IMG/VR virus record: IMGVR_UViG_3300006155_000002
Source of the DNA: a virus
Taxonomy: Duplodnaviria > Caudoviricetes
Strand: one strand, 5' to 3'
Length of the DNA: 64,000 bases
Shown here: piece after piece, positions 41,134 to 49,820 of the stretch
Layout of the letters: each line of letters opens with the position of its first letter
Numbering within the stretch: position 1 is the first letter of the stretch
Notes under the pieces: model-generated
Told to the model about the DNA's origin: nothing
The model's database searches: none
Seen by the model: only the letters and a program-made list of their open reading frames with translations
Translations under genes and position numbers: made by a program

Positions 41134-41991
41134 ATGGCAAATGTTATTTTCAAGCAGGGTATTCGCGCCCAGTATGATGCCATTGTCACAAAGGACAGCA
41201 ATACCCTGTACTGGCTGAGTGACACTCAGGAGCTGTTCAAGGGTGACGTGCTTTATGCCAAGGGTGCTGAGGCTACCGCTCTTGCGTCTGGTCTGATGTC
41301 CGCCGAGGACAAGAAGAAGCTGGACGCTCTGTCTGCCGGTGGTGCTATTGGCCTGACCGCTGTTGATACCAGTGTGATTCTGGACACCGGCGATGATGGC
41401 AATACTACTATCGGTGTGCAAATCTCCAAGGAGGAAGGCAACGCTCTGGAGCTTAAGGGAGACGGTCTGTTCGTTTCTCCTGCTGCGGTTTCTGGTGCTG
41501 TCGAGTTTGCTATTGAGGCTCAAGAGACTCCAGAGGAAGGCTACTCTGCTACCTACAAGCTGAAGCGGACCGAGGGTGAGAACGTTACCTATGTGGGTGA
41601 CGCCATCAATATCCCCAAGGATACTGTTCTGAGTGGTGGCACATATGAGATCGTCGAGACTGCCGACACTCCATACGCTGGCGCTGAGGTTGGCGATCCT
41701 TATGTTGATCTCGTTCTGGCGGATGCCGATGAGAGCCATATCTACATTCCGCTGAAAGGACTGGTGGACACTGTTAAGGCTGGTGACGGCATTAAGGTGG
41801 AGAACAACACCATTTCTGTGAAGCTGGACGAGACCAACGCCAACGGTCTGGTGGTTGGTGAGGCTGGCCTGAGCCTTGGTTTGGCTACTACTGAGTCCGC
41901 TGGTGCCATGAGTGCTGAGGACAAGGCTGCGCTTGATACTGTGATGGCAAGTATTGTCTGGGGCAACCTGGGTGATGAGGAAAACGTCTAA
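41134..41991 (+). CDS. Tail fibre-like protein
   Basis: GLMSAEDKKKLD / GAMSAEDKAALD repeats; AGDGIKV. Confidence 0.6.
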   Translation: MANVIFKQGIRAQYDAIVTKDSNTLYWLSDTQELFKGDVLYAKGAEATALASGLMSAEDKKKLDALSAGGAIGLTAVDTSVILDTGDDGNTTIGVQISKEEGNALELKGDGLFVSPAAVSGAVEFAIEAQETPEEGYSATYKLKRTEGENVTYVGDAINIPKDTVLSGGTYEIVETADTPYAGAEVGDPYVDLVLADADESHIYIPLKGLVDTVKAGDGIKVENNTISVKLDETNANGLVVGEAGLSLGLATTESAGAMSAEDKAALDTVMASIVWGNLGDEENV

Positions 41992-42061
41992 TCTTAGGCG
42001 ACAAAAGCCCGTGGCGGAGTTTTTCTGCCACGGGCACTACTAAATGAGGAGGAATAACGAT

Positions 42062-43357
42062 ATGGCACAAGTTGCTTTCAAAAAGGGTTTACTGGCTGAT
42101 TTGCCTGCCGCTATCGCAGAGGGTACTTTTTATGTGACCACTGATGAACGTGCGCTGTATCTGGACGTAAACGCCGATACTCGTGTGCGTATTGGCGACT
42201 TCCAGGAGTTCGCTACACTGACCGCACTGCAGGCGCACACCAACCCAAGCACCACTGCCCTGTACTATGTGGCAGATATTAACTGTCTGGCAAAATGGGA
42301 TGGCGAAAAGTATATCCAGATCAACCTGGATACTGGCGCTACCAGCATTGAAGTTGTTGGTACGGGCAACGCTATCACCAAGGCGAGCTATAATCCTGCG
42401 ACCCGTAAGCTGACCCTGACCGCTGATGCCACCTACACTACTGCCGAAGATGTGGAAAAGCAGATCGATGCTAAAGTTGGTGAGCTGAAGCTGGGTGAGG
42501 AAACCTTCGATACTGTGAAGGAATATGTGGACAAGAAGACAGATGGTATTGCTACCGATGCTGCTCTTGAAACTTTGACCAACCGCGTGACTGCCGCTGA
42601 GGGCAAAATCGACAAGCTGAATGGTGATAAGGCCACCGAAGGTTCTGTGGCTAAGACTGTTGACGATGCAATCAAAGACCTGGATCTGGGTAATACATAC
42701 GAAGCGAAGGGTGCAAACGATGACGCTATTGCCGCAGCCAAGAAGGCTGGTGATGATGCCCAGACTGATGTTGATGCTCTCAAGGACAAGGTTGGCGCCG
42801 TTCCCGAAGATAAGACTGTTGTGCAGTTGATTGAGGATGCCAAAGATGCTGCCACTTATGATGACACTGAACTGGCGGGCAAGATCAATACTCTGATTGG
42901 TACTGATACCGGCAAGTCTGCTCGTACCATTGCCAACGAGGAACTTGCGAAGCAGCTCATTCCTGAGAATGCTAAAGAGTCTCTTGACACTCTGGCTGAA
43001 TTGGCCGCATGGATTCAGGCACATCCAGACGATGTATCGGCTATCAATAAGGCTATTGCTGATTTGACTGCTCTGGTTGGTACTCTGCCAGAAGACGCTA
43101 CGTCTACTGATGTTGTGGCCTATATCAAGGAGTATGTGGACGGTGCTATTGCTGCGCTGAAGATTGGCGACTACGCTAAGGCCGCCGACCTGACTGCTCT
43201 GGCGGCCCGCGTTACTGCTTTGGAAGAGGATACCCATACCCACGACAACAAGGATGTACTGGATGGTATCACCGCTGAGAAGGTAGATGCTTGGGATGGC
43301 GCAGAGCAGAACGCTAAGGACTACACCGACACCGCCCTGACCTGGGGTACTTTCTAA
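42062..43357 (+). CDS. Tail fibre-like protein
   Basis: N-terminus paralogous to 41134; LDTLAELAAWI and HTHDNKDVLD fibre motifs. Confidence 0.65.
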   Translation: MAQVAFKKGLLADLPAAIAEGTFYVTTDERALYLDVNADTRVRIGDFQEFATLTALQAHTNPSTTALYYVADINCLAKWDGEKYIQINLDTGATSIEVVGTGNAITKASYNPATRKLTLTADATYTTAEDVEKQIDAKVGELKLGEETFDTVKEYVDKKTDGIATDAALETLTNRVTAAEGKIDKLNGDKATEGSVAKTVDDAIKDLDLGNTYEAKGANDDAIAAAKKAGDDAQTDVDALKDKVGAVPEDKTVVQLIEDAKDAATYDDTELAGKINTLIGTDTGKSARTIANEELAKQLIPENAKESLDTLAELAAWIQAHPDDVSAINKAIADLTALVGTLPEDATSTDVVAYIKEYVDGAIAALKIGDYAKAADLTALAARVTALEEDTHTHDNKDVLDGITAEKVDAWDGAEQNAKDYTDTALTWGTF

Positions 43358-43449
43358 GTCAGGAGAACCAAATAACGGATAGGGCGGGTGGGCTAAATGC
43401 CCGCCCCCTATTTTTATACTCAGACTCAAGATGAGGAGGGTTTCGACCA

Positions 43450-43875
43450 ATGCTATTCAGAATTTTGAAAGGCGATAGCTCCCGTATCTCAATGGACGTT
43501 ACGCCTTTTCATGACGGCTGGTGCTACTTCACCAGCGATGATGGGAAACTGTATATTGACTCCCAAGATGAGGATGGGAGTAACCAGAAGCGCACCTGTA
43601 TCAATCCAACCAGCGGAGGAGCGAGCAGGGCAGTTACTGGCACGTTGACAAAAAACGGATGGGTGAACGGTGAACAAATTTTGCTTATTGCAGGTTTGCA
43701 GGAAAAGCAAAACGGTGTCATTGGAGTCGCTCAGGAAGTTTCAGACCCACAGATGGAGGCAGCAAAGGGAGCGGAGATGTATGTCTGTAAGCAGGTAGAT
43801 GGCGCTTTGACCGTAGCCTGCTTTGGCGACGCTCCGCAAATTGATATCCCTGTTGTCACGATTCTGTTGGCTTAA
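43450..43875 (+). CDS. Tail fibre-associated protein
   Basis: Shares its C-terminal domain with the next gene. Confidence 0.55.
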   Translation: MLFRILKGDSSRISMDVTPFHDGWCYFTSDDGKLYIDSQDEDGSNQKRTCINPTSGGASRAVTGTLTKNGWVNGEQILLIAGLQEKQNGVIGVAQEVSDPQMEAAKGAEMYVCKQVDGALTVACFGDAPQIDIPVVTILLA

Positions 43876-43889
43876 ACGAGGTGGATGAT

Positions 43890-44294
43890 ATGAGCGAAAC
43901 AACGAACTATAAGCTCCATCTGACCGATGACAGTAGCGAACGGTTTCAGGATTGGCGCAACGCAATGAACGGGCCGGATAATTCCAACATGGTCAAAATT
44001 GATGAGATACTTTGGAGCAAAGCGGATAATAGTATATACGTGTCATGTACTTTGCTGGCTTCCGCGTGGTCTGGTGTTGACGCTCCATATATCCAGTCAT
44101 TGTATGTTGATGGACTCGGCCAGTCGCAGAACGGAACAATCAGCATCGCGCAAAATGCTACATTTGAGCAACGCGAAATGGCTCGTGACGCGAAACTCGC
44201 AGTTACTGGTCAGGCTGATGGGGAGCTTATTATTTCAGCAGACGGCGAAATGCCTGATATCGACATTCCCGTCTACATTATTCTTTTAGGATGA
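43890..44294 (+). CDS. Tail fibre-associated protein
   Basis: ETTNYKL N-terminus; TLLASAW...QNG...PDIDIPV domain. Confidence 0.55.
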   Translation: MSETTNYKLHLTDDSSERFQDWRNAMNGPDNSNMVKIDEILWSKADNSIYVSCTLLASAWSGVDAPYIQSLYVDGLGQSQNGTISIAQNATFEQREMARDAKLAVTGQADGELIISADGEMPDIDIPVYIILLG

Positions 44295-44353
44295 TCTACA
44301 TGAAACGACCGCCTTTAGAGGGCGGTCATTTGTATATATAAGGGAGGTTTTAT

Positions 44354-46621
44354 ATGCCTATTATCTCTAATTTTCCATCTGGCGGTGGAAGCGGCAGCAG
44401 TGGTCTGGCATTGGGTCCTGTAAAGAACATTCAGACACTCACAGCAGCCGGAAAGATCTATGTGAAATGGACAGACCCGGATGACCTGGTAGTTGCCGGC
44501 GCTACACTGGCAGCATGGGCTGGTACTTTGCTGGTGCGTAAGGCCGGCAGCGCCCCAATGAGCCGCCGTGACGGTACAGTGGTTCTGGACAGCAAGACCC
44601 GTCATGCCTACGAAAACGAGTATTTCTGTGATAGTGGCCTGACTAATGGTGTGACCTATTACTACAAATTCTTTCCCTACACCACGGCCAATTCCTATAC
44701 GGACAGCGAAGACAACGAGTTCAGCGCTATTCCTGGTACTGTGAGCCTTGGGGATGTAAGCAACATCAGCACTGCAGCGGCTGGTAATGGAAAGCTCAAT
44801 GTGAAATGGACTGATCCTGCATCCACTGTCGTAACAGACGGTATCACTGTTGCTACATGGGCAAATACGACCATTGTGGTAAAGACTGGATCATATGCTA
44901 CCAATCCTGATGACAGCAGCGACGCTGTTGCCTATCGTAAGGTGGTGACTACTCGCAATCAATATGCGAGCACTCCGCTGACTATTACAGGACTGAGAAA
45001 TGGTGTGACATACTACATCTCTTTCTTCCCGACTTCTACGGATGGCGCATCAACTATCAATTCGAATAATCGGACAACTGGTGTTCCAAATCGTCTGACA
45101 ATCACAACCGCGCCTACTCAAAGCAACACTCTTACCTACAATAAAGCGGCACAGAATCCGACTTGGTCTAACTACGATACAGCAAAAATGACCATTGGCG
45201 GTGAGACTGTTGGCACAAATGCTGGAACGTATACAGCTACATTCACTCCGACCGATGACTATGTTTGGTCTGGTGATACGGAGCCGAAGGCCAAGAACGT
45301 ATCCTGGACCATCGGGAAAGCTACTGGCACTCTGACGCTTACCCCTGCATCCATCGTACTGGATAAAACCACGACGAGTGCCACTTTTACCATCTCTGGT
45401 GACTTCGATGGTTCTTATACTGTCGTGTCACAAAATACAAGCATTGCAACTGTGGCGCTGGTAAGTGGTAAGACATATCGTGTCAGCAGCGTAAACAGCA
45501 CCACAGGCAGCACCACTATCAAGGTGACCTGTTCTGGCGGCAGCAATTATTCTGTGCCCTCCGAGAAGTCTGTAAGTGTGACAGCTAAGTTCGTTACAAT
45601 CTATGGCGCTTCTTGGGATGGATCAAGCACCACTAAGTGGTCTCGTACCGACGCATCTGCAAGCTTTACAGATCCTGTACCTGCTGTAAGCAATGGAACA
45701 GGCAGTTCTCCGTTTGACAATTTGGCGCCGTGGTCCGAGATGAAGCGCACGTCAGATTCTGTTGGTGGCGAGCTTGTTTCTATTCCAAAGTTCTACTACA
45801 AGTGGACGAAGAGCGGAAACTCGTTGAAGCTCCAGCTTGCAGATGGACAGACGGATGGCTTCAATGTGTCTCCGGCACACGCAGACAGAGGAGATGGAAG
45901 GGGTGAGCGAGATGTAGTTTATGTTGGAAGGTATCATTGTGCAAGCGGGTATAAGTCTACTACTGGCGTTGCACAGCAAGTTAGTATCACACGTTCTGCA
46001 GCGCGGACAGGTATTCACAATTTGGGTACAACCTTTTGGCAGTTCGACTATGCTATGCGTGTAACCATTCAGATGCTTTATCTGGTGGAGTTTGCTGATT
46101 GGGATTCGCAAACAAAGATCGGCTATGGCTGTTCTTCTGGTGGTTCAAAGCTCAACAACGGACAGACTGATGCGATGCAGTATCATACTGGTACAACAGC
46201 AGCAAATCGTACCACTTATGGTTTTACGCAGTATCGCTACATTGAAGGTCTGTGGGACAACGTGTACGACTGGATGGATGGTTGCTATTACAATAGCAGC
46301 GGCATGAACATTATCATGAATCCCAACAATTTCTCGGATTCTGCCAATGGCACCCTGATTGGTAAGCCGTCCAATGGCTGGCCATCCGCTATTGCTGTGG
46401 CTACCGCAAGCGGTCTTGAGTGGGCAATCTACCCGACAGCAGCGAGTGGCTCTGCTACAACCTACGTCGCGGATAGCTGGAACTATAACGCTTCCAGCCC
46501 GTGCCTGTTCTGTGGTGGCTACTACAACCAGTACACCTACTACGGGTTGTTCTACGTGAACTACAGCGGCACGAGCAACACGATCGCGGTCATCGGCTGC
46601 CGCCTCCAAAAACTCCCCTAA
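44354..46621 (+). CDS. DGR target: receptor-binding protein with FN3/Ig-like repeats and C-terminal CLec-fold VR
   Basis: Two VKWTDP...GLxNGVTYY repeats; IEGLWDNVYDWMDG; ends IGCRLQKLP; 3' end matches TR. Confidence 0.9.
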   Translation: MPIISNFPSGGGSGSSGLALGPVKNIQTLTAAGKIYVKWTDPDDLVVAGATLAAWAGTLLVRKAGSAPMSRRDGTVVLDSKTRHAYENEYFCDSGLTNGVTYYYKFFPYTTANSYTDSEDNEFSAIPGTVSLGDVSNISTAAAGNGKLNVKWTDPASTVVTDGITVATWANTTIVVKTGSYATNPDDSSDAVAYRKVVTTRNQYASTPLTITGLRNGVTYYISFFPTSTDGASTINSNNRTTGVPNRLTITTAPTQSNTLTYNKAAQNPTWSNYDTAKMTIGGETVGTNAGTYTATFTPTDDYVWSGDTEPKAKNVSWTIGKATGTLTLTPASIVLDKTTTSATFTISGDFDGSYTVVSQNTSIATVALVSGKTYRVSSVNSTTGSTTIKVTCSGGSNYSVPSEKSVSVTAKFVTIYGASWDGSSTTKWSRTDASASFTDPVPAVSNGTGSSPFDNLAPWSEMKRTSDSVGGELVSIPKFYYKWTKSGNSLKLQLADGQTDGFNVSPAHADRGDGRGERDVVYVGRYHCASGYKSTTGVAQQVSITRSAARTGIHNLGTTFWQFDYAMRVTIQMLYLVEFADWDSQTKIGYGCSSGGSKLNNGQTDAMQYHTGTTAANRTTYGFTQYRYIEGLWDNVYDWMDGCYYNSSGMNIIMNPNNFSDSANGTLIGKPSNGWPSAIAVATASGLEWAIYPTAASGSATTYVADSWNYNASSPCLFCGGYYNQYTYYGLFYVNYSGTSNTIAVIGCRLQKLP
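46465..46607 (+). repeat. DGR variable repeat (VR) with IMH
   Basis: Ungapped 143-nt alignment to 46807-46949, 25 mismatches. Confidence 0.92.
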
Positions 46622-46631
46622 GAGAGGGGTT

Positions 46632-46655
46632 TGGGGAGAACCGCAGTTCTCCCCA
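46632..46655 (+). promoter_or_regulatory. DGR target-recognition hairpin
   Basis: TGGGGAGAAC-CGCA-GTTCTCCCCA, perfect 10-bp stem just after the VR stop codon. Confidence 0.8.
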
Positions 46656-46681
46656 TCCAGTAGCCAAGTAAACAATGTAAA

Positions 46682-46707
46682 AGGGGACGTGCGCAAGTAC
46701 GTCCCCT
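46682..46707 (+). other. GNRA-capped hairpin between VR and TR
   Basis: AGGGGACGTGC-GCAA-GTACGTCCCCT. Confidence 0.6.
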
Positions 46708-46806
46708 AAATCGAATCATTCCTATTTTTAGTAAAGCAAACAAGAAGCGCATTTTATGTGCGCTACGGGATTGCCTACGCAGCAGTCGCTGGTTCATTTA
46801 TTGTGC

Positions 46807-46949
46807 CGTCGCGGATAACTGGAACTATAACGCTTCCAACCCGTGCCTGCACTGTGGGGGTAACTACAACCAGAACCAGAACCACGGGTTGTTCTACGTG
46901 AACTACAACAGTGCGTCGAACACGAACTCGAACATCGGCTGCCGCATCC
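46807..46949 (+). repeat. DGR template repeat (TR)
   Basis: AAC-rich intergenic copy of VR upstream of the RT. Confidence 0.92.
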
Positions 46950-47189
46950 TTGTTTTTCGCTGGGCCTCACCAGAGGTTCCGGGCGAGTGCGTGGTTAGCA
47001 TTATTTTTGGTAGATCGGGCTCCTCACCCTTTCTATAAGGGCTGTGGTGCGTATTTCGCACTACACCCTTGGCGCGGGCAATCGCGTGCCCCTTGGCAAA
47101 GATTAACCGATAGGACATGGGTTAGTACCCTCTGAGAAACCGGAGCGTGGGAAAGCTCATGAGGTTACAAGGAGGTACTGTAACAACCT

Positions 47190-48305
47190 ATGAAACGTAC
47201 AAAAAATCTATACGAGAAACTCATTTCACACGACAACCTGATGCTTGCCCTCGTGGAGGTAAACACGAGTCACAGGTGGCTGCCGAAACACAGGCCAAAC
47301 AAAACGGTCGCATGGATTGAACAGGATATGGAGGCGCGTGTAGAGGATCTGCGCCATATCATCGAGCAGATCGTATATCATAAGCGCCAGCTCTCCAAGC
47401 CGAAGCAGAAGCAGCGGTATGATAAGAGCGCCGGAAAATGGCGTATCATCAACGAACCAAAGCTGTGGCCGGATCAATATATACACCATGCGCTTGTGCA
47501 GGTTCTCCAACCAACCATGATGCGTGGAATGGACAGGCATTGCTGTGGTAGTATCCGCAATCGTGGCATTCACTACGGAAAGAAGAAAATTGAGAAGTGG
47601 ATGGACACGGATGTTAGAGGGACCAAATACTGCGAAGAACTCGACATCCATCATTTCTACGACAGCATTGATCCAGGGTTCATTTTGATACGGTTGCGCC
47701 ACCTCATCAAAGATTGGCGCGTATTGAAGGTATGCGAGGAAGTCCTACGGTACGGCGTACTGATTGGCCTATACACCTCGCAGTGGTTCGCAAATACGCT
47801 TCTACAGCCACTCGACCAGCTCATCAGAGACAGCGGATTCTGCACCCACTATCTCAGATACATGGACAATTTCACAATCTTTGGAAGTAACAAAAGGAAA
47901 CTGCACAGGCTGAGAAAGCTAATTGAAGAATGGCTTGCGGGAGTCAATCTCTCTTTGAAAGACAACTGGCAGGTGTTCCCCACAAGGAGCCGTATGCCAT
48001 GCGCACTCGGCTACAGGTTCGGCAGAAGGTTCACATTGCTCAAGAAGCGCAATCTGTTCCGTCTAAAACGGAAGCTGAACGAGTATTACCGCCGCAAAAG
48101 GCAGCACAGAAAAATATCCGCCAGAATGGCGACTGGGCTGATTTCAAGATTGGGTCAGCTCAAACATTGCAACAATAAAAACATCTATGAAAAAATCTAT
48201 CACGGCAAGGTTCAAAAGGAACTGAAACAAGTGATTCGAAATCATATGCGAGAGGAGAGATTAACGTGGAGTATGTATTTGGAGCAAATGGCTACAGCGG
48301 CGTAG
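47190..48305 (+). CDS. DGR-class reverse transcriptase with YMDN motif
   Basis: LDIHHFYDSI, GVLIGLYTSQWFAN (DGR SQ motif), RYMDNF, ALGY. Confidence 0.92.
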   Translation: MKRTKNLYEKLISHDNLMLALVEVNTSHRWLPKHRPNKTVAWIEQDMEARVEDLRHIIEQIVYHKRQLSKPKQKQRYDKSAGKWRIINEPKLWPDQYIHHALVQVLQPTMMRGMDRHCCGSIRNRGIHYGKKKIEKWMDTDVRGTKYCEELDIHHFYDSIDPGFILIRLRHLIKDWRVLKVCEEVLRYGVLIGLYTSQWFANTLLQPLDQLIRDSGFCTHYLRYMDNFTIFGSNKRKLHRLRKLIEEWLAGVNLSLKDNWQVFPTRSRMPCALGYRFGRRFTLLKKRNLFRLKRKLNEYYRRKRQHRKISARMATGLISRLGQLKHCNNKNIYEKIYHGKVQKELKQVIRNHMREERLTWSMYLEQMATAA

Positions 48306-48550
48306 AAACTCTCCGTACCAAAGGGAGCGAGCACACCGATTTTGAGGGGTTCGCGGAGGTGGTACAGGAATACGATGACAGCACCATCACAGACACCTTC
48401 CACGTCATCCAGAAGACAAAATTCGATGAGGATGCGGAAGGCAACTGCTATGATTGGTATGAAATCGACCATCACAACCGCATCGTTGATAAGACGAAGC
48501 GCATGAAAGCGAATATGGCTGTGCTGGTCGCATCCATTTTGGAGGGCTAA
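48266..48550 (+). CDS. Small hypothetical protein (possible fibre chaperone)
   Basis: GAGGAG RBS, GTG start overlapping the RT end. Confidence 0.65.
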   Translation: MEYVFGANGYSGVETLRTKGSEHTDFEGFAEVVQEYDDSTITDTFHVIQKTKFDEDAEGNCYDWYEIDHHNRIVDKTKRMKANMAVLVASILEG

Positions 48551-48553
48551 GAT

Positions 48554-49147
48554 ATGGACAAACAGTATATTTCACAGCTTTATCACGATGGCGGACTGAC
48601 CAATATGGGTGTGCTCCAGGCTATTACTATGGGCTGGATCACCACAGAGGACGCCGTTGATATCCTCGGTTTAGATAATTCTCTCAGCGTTGTCCGGTCT
48701 GCAAAGCTGCTGGAAATCTCCAAAGCCTGCAATACGGTGATTGTATCCGGTGTTGACGTTCAGATCGGCGACCGTACAGATCACTTCAATCTGGCACTGG
48801 AAGACCAGAGCAATATCAACAACCTGTTCCGCGTGGTAGAGTTGGGCGGCACCGCATTCCCCTATCAGGCGGATGATGGAACCTGTACGGTCTACTCCGC
48901 TATGGAGATTGCACAAATCTACATTGCCGCACAAACCCTTATCACAACACAGACTTCATACCACAACGCGCTGAAAGCATACGTCCTGTCTCTTAAAGAT
49001 GAGGATACTATCTCCGCTGTGGTATACGGAATGGATCTGCCGGAGCCCTATGCTTCTGAACTGACCGGTAAGCTGACCGTAGCACAGGAGCAGATGGCGG
49101 CAATCGTTGGGAGGTTGAGCGCAAATGCGGCTTCCGCAACTGATTGA
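48554..49147 (+). CDS. XkdX-like N-terminus fused to DUF4376-like domain
   Basis: AITMGWITTEDA; HFNLALEDQSNI...YQADDGTC. Confidence 0.6.
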   Translation: MDKQYISQLYHDGGLTNMGVLQAITMGWITTEDAVDILGLDNSLSVVRSAKLLEISKACNTVIVSGVDVQIGDRTDHFNLALEDQSNINNLFRVVELGGTAFPYQADDGTCTVYSAMEIAQIYIAAQTLITTQTSYHNALKAYVLSLKDEDTISAVVYGMDLPEPYASELTGKLTVAQEQMAAIVGRLSANAASATD

Positions 49148-49307
49148 TCTTCTGATTGATATCTGCCGGCGGCAGGCGGATGTGATTCGAGCACAGGCAT
49201 TTGCACTGAGTCAATATGATGCTGCTGTCTGCGAAGACGAAGCAGAGTGGGCCCGGCGCAAGCTGGACGAAATCTGTGATGATTGGGAGCCTGATGCGCC
49301 ATGGTAG
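49125..49307 (+). CDS. Small hypothetical protein
   Basis: GGAGG RBS; overlaps both neighbours. Confidence 0.55.
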   Translation: MRLPQLIDLLIDICRRQADVIRAQAFALSQYDAAVCEDEAEWARRKLDEICDDWEPDAPW

Positions 49308-49750
49308 TCAATAAGAACGGAAAGTGGGTTCTGAGCGTACTCCTTTGGGTATGGACGGGGACGTTCTACTTCTTCACTGAGGTTATCTGGAAGACAGCAA
49401 ACGGGAGACCGGAAACAATCAGTTGGACGATGCTTTTGCTTGCTATTTTCCTTGCCGTACCTCTGGAGCGATTCGGAGCAGAACTTCCATGGAATATGCC
49501 TCTGCTCTTACAATCTGTTATTTGTACCTGTGCTATCACAGCGGCGGAGTTCTGTGCGGGTTGTGTTCTGAACTTATGGCTTGGCCTTGGTGTCTGGGAT
49601 TACTCTCACATGCCCGGGAACATTCTCGGTCAAATCTGCCCGCAATTTATCTGCGTGTGGTTTCTTCTGTCAACTTTTGCAATCGTTATGCTCGACTGGA
49701 TGAGGTACAGTGTTGAGGGTGGAGAGCGACCACACTACAGATTTGTCTGA
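49301..49750 (+). CDS. CmpB/TMEM229-like membrane protein
   Basis: About four TM segments; WDYS...NILGQIC motif. Confidence 0.75.
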   Translation: MVVNKNGKWVLSVLLWVWTGTFYFFTEVIWKTANGRPETISWTMLLLAIFLAVPLERFGAELPWNMPLLLQSVICTCAITAAEFCAGCVLNLWLGLGVWDYSHMPGNILGQICPQFICVWFLLSTFAIVMLDWMRYSVEGGERPHYRFV

Positions 49751-49820
49751 ACATCATATAACGAGGGCTGTGTCTATTGAGACATTGCCCTCTATCTAAA
49801 AACCGAAGGGAGGGATTTCA

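Noticed and set aside
42089..43450. 453-aa minus-strand ORF (also 41089-41739, 22338-23006, 51694-52518)
   Set aside because: Antisense shadows of strongly biased structural or lysis genes.
33337..44294. Second DGR variable repeat in other tail genes
   Set aside because: No TR-like sequence seen at their 3' ends by eye.
47190..48305. RT as a group II intron, retron or Abi RT
   Set aside because: The SQ motif, adjacent TR/VR pair and absence of a recognisable intron domain V indicate a DGR.
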